Below, in pieces: positions 38,753 through 50,944 of a DNA stretch of 64,000 bases. Below the pieces are notes generated by a model. The model did not search any database. It was not told where the DNA came from and saw only the letters and a program-made list of their open reading frames with translations. Position numbers and translations under genes: made by a program. The number at the start of each line of letters is the position of its first letter. Positions within the stretch are counted from its first letter, which is position 1. The DNA is from the human T2T-CHM13v2.0 reference genome, Homo sapiens. The DNA lies in assembly GCF_009914755.1 (NCBI RefSeq), contig NC_060927.1. One strand, given 5' to 3'.

Positions 38753-41700
38753 CCCGATTCGCCAGGAAATGAACTTTTTAATAATCCGAGGAGGGAGGAA
38801 AGCCCTCGGTCCCCTCGGCTCCGGGGGCGCCCGGCTGGGCCCAGCTCCGCGGGCGCGCCCCCGTCACCCCCTCCCAGGCCAGTTCAGGGCAGCGCCAAGG
38901 GGCCGCGGGCTCAGGCTGAGGCCTCCTCCTGCCTAGGCGTCTGGCGTCCGTTTGTCTGTCCGAGGCCTCAGCGCAGGTAAAGCGCGGGGCTGGGGGGCGC
39001 AGAGCTCCATTGGGCTGGGAACCAGCGCGTCTCGTGCCCTTGGGGGACCCGCCTGCCCGAGCCGCCTGCTAAGCCTCCCGCTCCCCTCCACGCTGGAGCG
39101 CGCGGAGCCCGGTCTGCTCGGAACTCCACTCTGCGGGAGCGGAGGCCGGCGCCAGCCCGGGAAGCCGCGCAGGGGGCGGGAGGCCGAGCGCGAGGCCCTT
39201 GGCGCCGGGCCTCCGCGGCCAGGCCGGGCAGGTGAGCAGTCTCCGTGCCTCCCGGTTGGCGTTCCCCTCAACGCGTGCGGTCCCGCCGGGGCCCACTGTC
39301 TCTCCGTCCGTCTGTCTCTCAACTTTTCCCATCCTTTAGCTTACGATTCTTCATCAACTCGTAAAATGAGATCGCCGCGGAGCTCGAGCCTATTTGGCGT
39401 CTCCGGAGACTAGCAAGACCCTCTGAAAGACACCGCGTCCCCAGGGATAATCCCCCGTGTCCGGCAAAGCTGCCCCGCTCGAGCGCGAACCCTGGGACCC
39501 AGCGCGGGAGGCAGACCAGCAGCTGGCCGCTGGGCTGTGAACGCCAGGACCGAGCGGAAGCTTCCCGCCCGGCCGCGATCGGTGCCGCGGCTCTCAGGGA
39601 AGTGGCTACGCGCGTCCCTCGGGAAAGCAGGTAATTCGCCTTTTTCTCCCACCGGCGCGGTAAAAATTACCCTCCCCCTCCCCGTTCCGTGTGTATTCCC
39701 AGTTTCAGCGCAGCGAGCTCGGCGTCTAACCCCTCCGCGGCAGGGTCCCGGCCACTGCGGTAGTGGAGGTGGCCAGCCTGGCTGAGTCCCCTGCCCAAAC
39801 GTCAGCCCTGTGCTGCCGCCTGCCTGACGCAGAGCGGAGCGAGGGAGGGGATTTAATTACCCCGCTCGGCAGCTCAGAAAATCGCCGCACAGAGGGGCTT
39901 AGCAGGACGGTTAAGGAGTGCTTGAGCAGGGGCCTCGGGAGACCCGAACCAGCCTCCTTGCCCGCAATCCGGTGTAGAGGAAAAAAAGGAAACAGGAGTT
40001 CTGCCAGGTCCTTTCAGGCCTTGGGGTTGCCTTCCTCGACAACGCAGGCAGGAGCCGGCTTGACCGAAGCCTCCACCTCGGTTGCAGGTCCTGCGTAGGA
40101 TGCGGGACTGCTGCATTCTCTGGCGGAAACGAACCCGCCTGGGAGAGAGAAATGCGACGCCAAGTAGCAGGGCGCCCAGCTGGCCAATAAAGAGGGACCC
40201 GCGCTCGACAATGTCTGTGTGTGCCAGGCAGACCGAGGGACACCAACCGGGCCCCTCCCCATTAGGCCGAAGACATGGTCCTCCCACCTTGGGCCCCAAA
40301 CAAACTCCCGGGGAGGGTCAACGCAGCCCCCAGAATCTGCTGGGGTCTTGAGGCGCTGTTCCAGGCCTGGTGAGAGCAGATTTACTCCAATTTATGGGCT
40401 GGAACTTTGGGGTCCCCAAAACACCTTTAGAGGGACGCGTTCCCTTTTTCAGTACTTTGTTCGTTCGGGAGTATAGTTGGAAATGCTGGCGCTGCCTTTG
40501 ATCACATTAAGAAGCTGTCACTTTCCTTACTTGGGAACAAGATTTCTCTGAGGACTGGAGAAGGTCAGCCAGGAAGCAGAATTTTCGAAGGACCCTTTTG
40601 GCCCGAGAACTCACAGCGGCGATCGCCACCATTTGACCTGGGTGCTTCTGCCTGGGAGCTGGGGAGGTAGCAGATCTGGTGCCCGGTTCTAGAGTGCTTC
40701 TCAGGCCTCTACTAAGCCGCGGGTGCCAGGTGGGGACACAGAGATGCCCAGGTCTCCCCGGCCGTCCAGCCCCCCCCCCTCTGAGCCCTTTGTTTAAAGT
40801 TAGCTCATCCGAGGCGGCCCCTTTGGGACCATAAGTTTGCCCTCCCTTTGTAACCTAATTCTTCTCGCCTTTTCCTTATGGGCAGCTAATTGGCCCGCGG
40901 TGTGGGGCTGGGGGTGGGGTGTCAAGGAAACCCATTTGCTAAGGGACTACCTTCCATAGAGAAATTTAATTCGCAACCCAGCGGCCTCCCAGCCCCACAC
41001 TGGCAATAAACCTTGAGGGGTACGGGGAGGAAGTGGGGTGCCTTAGCAGATGGGTTCAGAAGTTCCCTTAAAGCCGGGGCATTAGATCTCAGGCCAGCAG
41101 CCATCCCTCCGGGGGGGTTCCCAAGGGGGGGACTACTGCTATAACGGCCCCTCCTGCTCCTTGAGGTTCAATTCCAGCCCCTTAAAGCAGAAGGCTCCCT
41201 CCCTCGGCATCAGTGCAGGCTCTCCCACCTCATTACTGTTCTGTGTCTTTGGGAATCGTAGAGTCTGTGGCCCCCACGTCCTAGGTGTCTCGGCACCCTG
41301 GACCCAGGCGCCTCCGAGATTCTATATCGCTTCTGACCCCTACCTTCAAGCCTGGCAGGCTCCCCGCGGAACCCTGCTGAGACCCGGAGACAATCGGGCC
41401 GTGCTTCTCCCTCCTCCACGAACAGCCACGGTTTATTTGGAGCGGCCGGGGCCGGCGGCCTGACAACTGGTAAATCCGTTTCGTTAGGCACAATTTGTCT
41501 GCAATTTGTCAGCCCGGCTGGGAAACGCTCCCCAGACGCCTCGGCTGCCGCACGGGCCCTACCTGGTTCTCGAATCCTGCCTGCTCATAAACGAATCCTA
41601 GCACGGGGTGCCTGCGTAGACCTGGAGCTCACCACCAGATGTTCCCGACCTCGGGAGAGGAGGCTTTTTCCAAAACAACGAATTTCCTTCCTTGTTTTCC

Positions 41701-42457
41701 GGTAAAGGAGCGTTCGCCACACACGGGGTCCCTGAACGCGGGGCCTTTCCCCTCGTGGTTGGAGCAACGCGGAGTTCAAGCCTGGCCGCCACAGAATAAT
41801 TTTAAATGCCCCGTTTTCAGACAGATCCAGAACGCCGTCTACGCCTACCGGCGGCAGATCTTCAAGCCCGCGGCGGCCCCATTCTTATTGAAATCCCACT
41901 AAACGGATTCCGACTCCGGCTTGGGGCGGGGGGAGACTTCCAGACCCGGCGCTCTCCCCCACACGCACCCCAGTCACACAGGATAAAGGGCTGCGGGGCG
42001 CAGCGCGCGGGGGCGCAAGCAGGAGCGAGCTGGGTTAAGCCGCGAAAAGCCGGCGCACGGGACCAGCCGGCAGGTGCAGCCGCCGCTCGGCGGCCCGGCT
42101 CGGACGCATCCGCCGCGGTGGCCTGGGGATTGGGGGCGGCCGAGACAAAGGCCCCAGTTCGGGGGCCGGGAGGCGGGGGTGCTTTGCGAGGCTCTGGGAA
42201 TGCCAGGGTCTCGTGGCCTGTGGCTCCGAGAAATGGGAAGACAAGAGGCCCGAGGCGGGCCTGCTGTGCCCAGGTAACCAAATACTCCCTCTGGTTAAAG
42301 TCCCTATAACCAGGGTTTCCGGTCTCTGGCAGGGCCAAGGCGAGCCCCAAAGGTAGGGGCCACAGGGCAAACGGACCAAGCGATTCGGGTGCCAGGCGGG
42401 CCGGGCCGGGGGCGGGAAGGGCCGGGCCCAGGGAAGGTGGAAGTGGAAGAAACTCAC

Positions 42458-42746
42458 CGAGCGAGGCGCGGTGGGCGGCGCCCCCGGGCGGACGGGGCCT
42501 GGAGTAGAGCTGGGAGCAGGGCGAGGTGCGCGGCAGGCGGGCTCGCGGGACCTGGGCGCGGGGTGGCGGCGCTCACCAGCAGAGCCTGGGCGGCACGCCG
42601 AGCGGCCGCATGGTGTTCAGCGGACCGCTTTTGTCCGCCTGGTGGGCGACGGGGCCCTGCTAGGATGGATGTGGCGGCAGGCAATAGACAGACTTGAGCA
42701 GCGAGTCCCGGGGCGACGCTGGCCTCGCTACCTTCCTGGCGCTCAC
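42458..42746 (-). other. GATA2: GATA2 distal non-coding first exon (1S)
   Basis: Donor gtgagt at 42452-42457; sequence matches the recalled canonical mRNA 5' end (GTGAGCGCCAGGAAGG...); TATA-like AATAAAAAG at ~42781-42789. Confidence 0.85.
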
Positions 42747-44242
42747 GCTGCCTCTCTCTCCCCCACCGGCCGCAACGCGGCTTTTTATTTCGACATCACT
42801 TTGCGGGGGGGCAGGGGGTGGCGACGGGGGCGGGAGCGCCGCAGGGGGCAGGAGGGTACCCGGGGCTCTGCACCCGGCCTACCAGGTCCAGCCGCCTGGC
42901 CGGCCAAGGGCCGCTAGGCACTCAGGGCGCGCACACCCTGTGCATCCACACTCCAGGCCGCTCCCACCCTCTCCGGAGCGCACACGCGCGCCCCTGACCT
43001 CAGGGATGCTTGCTCAGAAAGCTTGGGACACGTCTTTACTGAGACTCTCCCCGGGGACCCTCAGGAGCTGTGAGCACACGCACTCACTGATAATGGTACA
43101 CAGACGCCCGCTCCTCTGTCTTCAACCCACTTCCAGGAGTGCTCACACGGACACGCACACATCCCTGCACATGTGCACACAGCTGTGGCCGCGAGGACAT
43201 CCTCAGACAGACGGCCTGGGTCACACCGACACACATGGCCATACAATCAGATGCAACTCGGCACTCGGGCTCACACTCAGGACGCCCTCACTGCCAGGCT
43301 TGTTTAGCTAAGTGCAGGCGCAGCCCCTCTCCCTGTCCCACCCCCCCTCCAGTTCCTAACGCTGGGGGACCCCCTGAGCACTTTAGAAGTCCACTGTCTG
43401 GTGTCCCCCTGGCCCATCTCCTTGGGGCAGACTCTCACAATGGGGGAAGCAAGGAAGTGTGCAGAGGGCTTGTTCACAGAAGTGGGAGTCAGGAGGGGGG
43501 GAGAAAGTGAGTGTGGGAGTCCTCATCCCCAGAAGGCCCCTGGGTTTGTGGGCAAAGACAGTCCAGTCCTTGTGCTGCCAAAGTTCTTACTAAGGGATTC
43601 AACCAGTCAGCGTCCCCCCACCCCCACCCCTGATTCCCATTCCAGCAGATCAGGGAGAGTGAAAGTGGCCTGGGGACCTTGAGCCCAGAGGGAAAGTGCT
43701 TGGGCTTGGAAGGACTGGGAAATCTGTGCTCCCGTGCCCAGGTGTGCCCCAGAGGAGTGTTTCTGTCCCCTGGTCTTTGTGACCCCTGCTGTCCATAGGT
43801 CTTTCTCCAAATCTGGTGGTGACTATTGCATTGTGTGTGTGTTCTATGCATGTGGCTCAGAGTCTATGTCCTGTGTGCCCAGGTGTGTCTGTGTGCACTT
43901 AGGAGCACACAGGAGTGTCTGCAAAACTGGGTGTATGAGTATGTTCATTTCTTCTTGTGGGTTCCTGAGAGTTTGTGTATTGGGCAGTAGGTCACAGTGT
44001 GGCTATTTCATGACCCTGGAATTTGGCACAAGAGAGTGTGTCTGTGGAAATGGTTGTGCGTCCCTTTGGCTCTGTGTCTGTGGGGTCATCATGTCAGAGA
44101 CTCATGTAATGAGGGGTGGGGATTTCCAGGTGTTTGCCCATGTGTCTGTAGCAGTGTGTGGCATGTCTATGAATGGGTGTGTTTTGGAGTGTGTGTTTGC
44201 GTGTGTATGTGCATGTATCTAGGCATGTGTTACTGTGTGTAT

Positions 44243-44571
44243 TTTTGTTGTTGTTGTTGTTGTTTTGTTTTGTTTTGTTTCTTGAGACAGGGTCTTGATC
44301 TGTTACCCAGACTGAAGTGCAGCGGTTCAATCAGCGCTTACTGCAGCCTCAACCTCCCAGACTCAAGCCATCCTCCCACCTCAGCCTCCTGAGTATCTGG
44401 GACCACAGGCATGTGCCACCGTGCCTGGCTAATTATTTTTATTTTTATTTTTGTGGAAACACAGTCTCACTATGTTGCCCAGACTGGTCCCAAACTCCTG
44501 GACTAAAGCAATCCTCCCACCTCGGCCTCCCAAAGTCCTGGGATTATAGGCGTGAGCTACTGCGCCTAGCC
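44243..44571 (-). mobile_element. AluJ with (TTG)n/(TTTTG)n tail
   Basis: Alu dimer with J-type 'caagccatcctcccacctcagcctcc'. Confidence 0.9.
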
Positions 44572-45152
44572 TGTGTGTGTCTTTAATAGTTTGTACCTGG
44601 GTATCTGCATGTGTCCTTGAACTGGTGTATGTGTAGGTGTGTGTGTGTGGTGTGTTGCATGTGTCTGGATATCCATGTATAATTCTCTTTATTAATTGAT
44701 GGCTGTTGGGGCGTGTGTTTGTGTTTGTGTATTTGAACATGCATTTGGCTATGTGCATGTCCATCTGTCTTTAACAGCATAGGTATCAGTGTATATCATT
44801 GTATCTTTGAACTGATGGTGGGGAGGAGGAGATGTATCCGAGTGTGTCTGCATGTCTACGTACAGCTCCATGTATGAATTGATGTGTGTTGCGGTGGGTG
44901 TTTGTGTCTGCGTATCTGGGTTGTGGGCAACTGTGTATATGACTACATCTTTGAAATGCATGTTTCTGTGGCCAGCAGTGCCCTGTTCTGTGGACTGTAG
45001 AAAAGTGTGTCCTGGGTGACACGCGGGGTGTGCATCCTGCAGGATCACACACCATCCAGACCTTCCTTAACCAGCAGGGCAGGCCGCCAGTGGAGCTCTA
45101 GGGTACCATTTGCTCGGGCACTTTCTGTCTGTCTGTGGGAGGGGAGATGAGC

Positions 45153-45167
45153 TGATAAGGCTTATCT
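45153..45167. promoter_or_regulatory. GATA2: Palindromic double GATA site (~-2.4 kb; probable equivalent of mouse -1.8 kb GATA switch site)
   Basis: TGATAA-GGC-TTATCT. Confidence 0.8.
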
Positions 45168-46129
45168 GCTGTCGCCAGCGCCATGCTGAATAACTGCTCT
45201 AATGAGGTGTCCTCATTGGGACCACCCGATCCCAAGGCCCTGGGCCTCACTGGGGAGGGGCATGGGCGAGCTTGTCTGAAGCACAGGAGCAGGGCCTGGG
45301 TGCCTACAGGGCCTTTTCTACTTCTGTCTTGTTTCCTTGGAAAGGGGGTTCCAGGCCTTGCACCTCCCCACCCCACCTGCCTCCTGCCTACTGGGCGGAG
45401 CTGGGCTGGCCAGGCCAGAGCTGGCTGGAGCCTTCCAGTCTCTGGTCTGTGGCCAGGTTCACAGCCTTGAGAGGGCAGGAGGTATGAGGCCTGGAGATGT
45501 GGGGCCCTCAGGGTGGGGTGGATGAAGAGAAATGGAGATTCAGTGACAGAAAGATCCAGAGAGACAAGGAGTGGGGAAAGAGATGGGAGGCCCAAAGACA
45601 GATTTTAAAAAAACAATGAGGAAGAGGCACTGGTGGGGACAGGCCTGGAGCTTGGGGACACTTGGAGACAGACAGAAATAAACAACTAAAAAGTGGCAGA
45701 AAGGGTCAGAAAGATGGGAATAAAAGCAAAGAAGGTGATAACCACAGAGACATGGACAGAGACAGGAGAGAGATAAGAGAGGACAGAGAGATAAGACAAA
45801 AATAGAGAGATTCAAAGAGAGGCGCAAAGAGCCAATGCGAGAAGAGGGACGTGAGAAGGGCCCCAGAGAGAAGAGTGGGGACGCAAAGGAAAGATGGGCA
45901 GGATGGGATGGACAGACTGAGATGGAAAGGCCGACAGGGCTTAGCCGCCAAGCTCGAAGGAAGCGCGGGAGGCCGGGCGCCGGGCGAGGATGGGCTGGGC
46001 ATGAGCTGCGGGCCGCGGGCAGGGCGGGACACCAAGGCGCGGGCGGTGGTGGCGGGCAGGGGGCTCCGCGCGGGGCTGCGCCGCTGTCCGGGGTAATTTT
46101 TCATCTCGGCCGGCTAATCTTTGTTCCCG

Positions 46130-46360
46130 GCGAAGATAATGAATAGCCAGTCGTTATCTGCCCGGCTCCCGGAGGCTGCCCGAGAATGGGGTTGTACAGG
46201 GCTGGGAATTGTTTCCAAAGTGCCGCGGAATAAATGGTGTTCCTTATCTCTGCCTTCCAGATTATCGGAGCCCTTTCAGAGAGCGCACAACAAATGCGCC
46301 CGCCATCGAATGCATCATTTACCACCGCAGATCCGAGCGCTGATGGGCAGGCAGATAGCC
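46130..46360. promoter_or_regulatory. GATA2: GATA-site cluster (~-3.4 kb; probable equivalent of mouse -2.8 kb element)
   Basis: AGATAA 46134, TTATCT 46154, TTATCT 46244, AGATTATC 46259, AGATAG 46353 in an AT-richer patch inside a CpG island. Confidence 0.8.
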
Positions 46361-47354
46361 CTCTGCTGGGGGCACGCGGGCTCCCCGTGCCCGTACCACT
46401 CGCCTGCCTGCCGGGGCCACTGAGTGTGCGCCCCGGTGTGCCCGGCGTGTTTGAATGGACACGTGGGTGTGCCAGTGCATGGGCTAACGCCGATGCAACT
46501 GTGCGGGTGTGTCAAACAAGTGTACCACAAAAAAGTGCAGGTGTGCGAGCCCATCCATGCACACGCATGGCAGGCGTCTGTGCTGTGTCCGGAGGCGGCC
46601 GATGAGGCGGGTGGAGGGTTCACACAGGAGGCGGTGCTGCACTAAGCTTGTGGGCAGGCATGCGGCCCAGGGTGGCTGGACACGTGGTGGAGGAATGGGA
46701 ATGCAAGCCCGCGTGTCCGAGTGCAGCGGATGAGCATCCTGCGAGTGCCTCACTGTGTCTGCCCTGGAGGTGGCTGTTTAGGGGAGCACGCCGGAGGCCA
46801 CTAGGGTGGATGTGCTGTGTGCATGCAAGTGCCCACCCTACGTTGTGTTTCGGGGCACACAAGCTACCTGTGCCTACCGGGATGAGCATGCAAGTGTCAC
46901 CGCTCCCGCCGGGCGTGCTTGGGGTGTGCTTGGGTCTGCGTGAGGCTGTGTGTGTCCTGCCGTATCTCTGCCCAGGTGTGCCCTGGTGAGCTGAGAGAGG
47001 GGCACGGGGAAGGGCAGTCGTCGGGGCCTGTCCGTGTGCCAGCGTGGGTGGACTCCGGGCTGGGGAAGCGACAGGGAATGGTGTGTGCCGGTGTGACAGA
47101 CGCCAGAGCGGCGGGGTGGAACGTGCTGTGTCACGGGAGACTTTCTTGACCAAAACGGAATGTGCGAGTGTGGAAGGAAGAGGGGCCGTCCGCGGAGTTT
47201 GGGGACACCCGGGCGTCCGAGCCCCAGAGCCTCTGCAGCTGGGACAAGGAAGCCCGAGCCCGCCGCCTGAGGTCCCCGCGCCGTTAGTGACACGCGCCGC
47301 CGACAAAGGCTGTATTTTTCCAGGCTCGCGCCCCGCCCGCGCGCGCGCGATGGT

Positions 47355-47400
47355 CCCCATGGCGACGCAGATAGCGCCGCAGCCATTTTCCCTATCTCCC
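47355..47400. promoter_or_regulatory. GATA2: Paired GATA sites with YY1-like motifs (~-4.6 kb; probable equivalent of mouse -3.9 kb element)
   Basis: AGATAG 47369-47374, CTATCT 47392-47397, ATGGCG and GCCATTTT motifs. Confidence 0.7.
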
Positions 47401-47859
47401 CAGAGTCTATTATACGGCGGGATTAGCTCATCTCCAGGCAGGTCAAACCCAAAGTCACACAACCTGCGACGCGGGCCCCGCCCCCACTCCCCGGCCGCCC
47501 CTCCCCTGCCCCGGCCCCGGCCCCGGCCCCAGCCCGGCGACCCCCGGCTGCTGCCCAAGCGCAGGCGCAGAGCGCCACCTGGCGGCGGCGGGGTCTCGGG
47601 TGGGGTCCGCGGAGCCGGTGCCCGTGCAGAAGAGGTGGGGTGAGGGTCTCTACCTCCAGAAGGCGGGCTCTCTGGGAGCAGGGGCTTTGCTTTGTCACTG
47701 CTGTTCCCCAGGGCCAGACTAACACACAGTAGGTGCTCCATAAGTGTTTCTTGAAAGGATGTTTGGAGGGATGGATGGATGGATGGATGGATGGGCAGGA
47801 AATTATAGACGGGGGCAAACTGCCAAAGGCTACAGTTTAGTTGGCAGCAAAAAAATCGT

Positions 47860-48310
47860 TTCTGAGAACGCATCCCACTGAATTTAGAATAAAAGCCAAA
47901 CTCTTAGAACCTATGTAGTGGCCCTTACTGACCTCTCAGACCTGATTTCCTTCTTCCTCACTGCAGCCACAATGACTCTCTTCTTGTTCCAGAGTGTTCC
48001 CACCCCAGGGCCTTTGAGTCTACTGTCCCCTCCACCCCGAATGCATTCTGACTCCACTCAAGTGTCACTCTCCAAGAGCCAAGTTGCTCCCCTGTCCCCT
48101 GCTCTTCTCTGTCTATGCATTCTTTTATAGTGCTTAACACAGTCTGAAATAGTCTCGCCCCTGTGTGTGTGTTGTCTGACTCCCCCTCTAGAATACCAGG
48201 ATCCTTGGAGGTGAGGGAGTTCCTGTTTTGCTTGTGGCTACAGCTCAGCCACTGGAATCATATCTGACAATTGGTTGGCATCAGTCGCAACTCTGGGAAT
48301 GAGGGAATGA
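47860..48310. mobile_element. L2 3' fragment
   Basis: 'ataaaagccaaactctt', 'ccaccccagggcctttg', 'ctccactcaagtgtcactctcc', 'gtctgactccccctctagaata'. Confidence 0.6.
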
Positions 48311-49879
48311 GGACTAGAGGGGGCTGGACGGGCCCAGCCACCTGCCTTCATCATTGTCATTTCTCTTTATCACTACGGTAACTCCTCCTTCCCCTCATGA
48401 CTTTGGAAGTCATTCAGCAGCCACTCCAGCCCCACCAACCTGCCCCTATCCCAGAGGGGCCTGGGATGGAGGGAGAGAACCACTGAGGCCCCTCCACATC
48501 CCTGCACCCGCTGTGCCCATGGGGGCGGAGAACACATCTGACCCGGCTCTGAGGGAGCCGTGGCCTCTCTAGGGAGGGCTGGCCTGCTGGTGAGACTTCA
48601 CTCATAATACAAGATAATTATACCAGAGTTGTCATGAGGCGGTGGTGATTAATTGCTGTGCGTGGGGCACGGACGGACAGCGAGGTATAGAGAGTGGAGA
48701 GAAGGCCGCAGCCCAGCTGGGCTTCCAGGTGGGAGCTCAGCCTCCCCATCTCTGCCGTGGAAGGGACTCAGAGGTGTCAGGCCAAGCATGCAGGCAGGCT
48801 TGTGACAAACTCCTTGGCCAGGAGCTCTGAGAATTAGCTTCACTTCCCTCAGAAATGCCCCAATTCCCTCCTGGAAGAGGAGCTGTGTGACAGCTCAGGC
48901 CAGGGGGTCGGGACTCCCCCCATCTCCTCCGCACACACATACCCCTGCACACATACCCAGCCACGTACAGCTGGGTGGCTGTACGCAAGTCATTTTTCTA
49001 CTCTGAGCCTCAGGGTCTTCCTCTGTCCACCTCCCCCCAGGATTACTGGCAGAATTAGGTGTGAGCTTGCATTTAAAAAGAGGTTTGTTTTGTAAACCCA
49101 GGCTTTGCAAATTGGCAGCCCAAGTCTCGGGGGCCTGTGCAGTGACTGATCATTACCAACATTTCGAAGTGAGAGATGTCACATAAAGAGCGTCATTTCG
49201 AGCTTCTCTTGAAAAGTTGTAAGGTGAGCTACCCTGGGACTGTATTCCTGAATGGCAATGTGATGGCAGAGTCCTGCAGTATTACCACCTGTGGACTTGT
49301 GCACCAGGGTTCCCACCCACCCACTTCAGGCCCTTGGTTCAGGGATGTGCCCGTCATGGAAATACCAGGTGCTGTGGCTCTGCTGGTTTTGGCTTTCCTT
49401 CTCTGTAACCTTCCAATATCTTTCTCCTTCCAGGTACTGTAAACCACTTAGTAATTAATTAGTTAATAAATTCATCTCATCAGCACTTTTAAATAATGTG
49501 CTAGGCCACACTGTCATGGACCCCAGATATACAGCAGCAAACAAAGCAGCCATGGTACCTTCCCTCAGGGAGCAGTCAGTCCAGTGGAGGAGTCAGATAT
49601 GACTCACCACACAGATCGAAAAATCTCCACAAATTATGAGAAGAATGCTGAGGGAAGAAAGAACATAGGTGGACCGCTGCTGAGTCCAGGCTTACTTGCA
49701 GAGATCTATGCTGGCCAGGCCCTGTGCTAGGCAGCAGAGGACATGGAATAAAATCAAATAAGGTCACTGTGTGCAGGCACCTCACGGTGTGGTAAAGGAG
49801 CAGCCCCATCCACAGGTTCTATTAATTCCAGCCTGTGAGAATTGGAACCACAGGGTGAATTTTGGAGGACAGGCACTTA

Positions 49880-50880
49880 CACTAATCTGGAAGCATAATA
49901 TATAAAGAGTACCTACAAATCAATAAAAAAAAATAGAAAAAAAAAGAGCAAAGTATATGAACAGAAAATTCAATGAAAAGGAAATAGAAATGGCTCTTAA
50001 ATGAATGAAAACATACTCTCACTCAGAGAAATGAAAATTTAACCCATGTCAAGATACTTGGGGTGAAGGAAGTGTTTTAAAATTCGATTGTGGTGATGGT
50101 TATAACCCTATAAATTTACTAAAACTTATTGAAGTGTACCTTTAAAACAAATGAACTTTATAGTATGTCAGTTATATCACAATAAGGCTATTTTAAAAAT
50201 AAAAACACTTTGAGATACCATTTTATACCTGTTGGTATTAGCAAATGTCAAAACACTGGATAATGCATTATGTTCCTAAAGGCATGGGGGAGACGGCCTG
50301 GGGCAAGCGTCCACTGATGCATTCTTGGGTTGGGGTGGGCAACAGGACGCTGTCAAACATACAAATACATTTACGCTTTGAGCTGGGAATTCCACTCATA
50401 GGACTTCATCTGATATATATGCTTTACATCTGAAAAATGTATAAGGAAATTCACCACAGCCTCATAGATTATGGCAAAAGTTTGGAAACAAAAGATGTTT
50501 GTCTACAGGTGAAAGGTTATGCCACTGTCAAAAAAAAAAAAAAAAAAAAAACAGAGAGAGAGAGAAAGAAAGGACAAGAAAAAGGAAAGAGTAGTTCTTT
50601 GCATACTGATACGGCATTATCCCAAGATAGAATTTGTGTGAAAATAAAGGTGCAGTACAGTGATGACAGTGATGTGTTACCACTTGATTAAGAACTGGGG
50701 TAAGGAGAGAAAATATATACATTTGCTTACATATTTACAGAATTTCTCTGGATGGAAAACAAAAGAAGCTGTTAACAATGGTTGACATCTACCTGGGTTT
50801 GGGACCTGGGTTTGGGTGGCTGGGGACAGGGATGGGAGAAAGATTTTCATGGTGTACCCTTTGATTCCTGTTGAAATTAC
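49880..50880 (+). mobile_element. Old L1M fragments
   Basis: 'acctacaaatcaataaaaaa...aatggctcttaaatg...tgagataccatttt', 'aaaacttattgaagtgtacc'. Confidence 0.65.
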
Positions 50881-50894
50881 ATAGACAGATAGAT

Positions 50895-50942
<48 letters not shown>
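50895..50942. repeat. (GATA)12 tetranucleotide STR
   Basis: Direct count, preceded by gacagatagat. Confidence 0.95.

Positions 50943-50944
<2 letters not shown>

Noticed and set aside
46620-47873. 417-aa minus-strand ORF
   Set aside because: Stop-poor GC-rich CpG island plus (GGAT)n and L2-type sequence; low-complexity P/R/G/A protein with no domain
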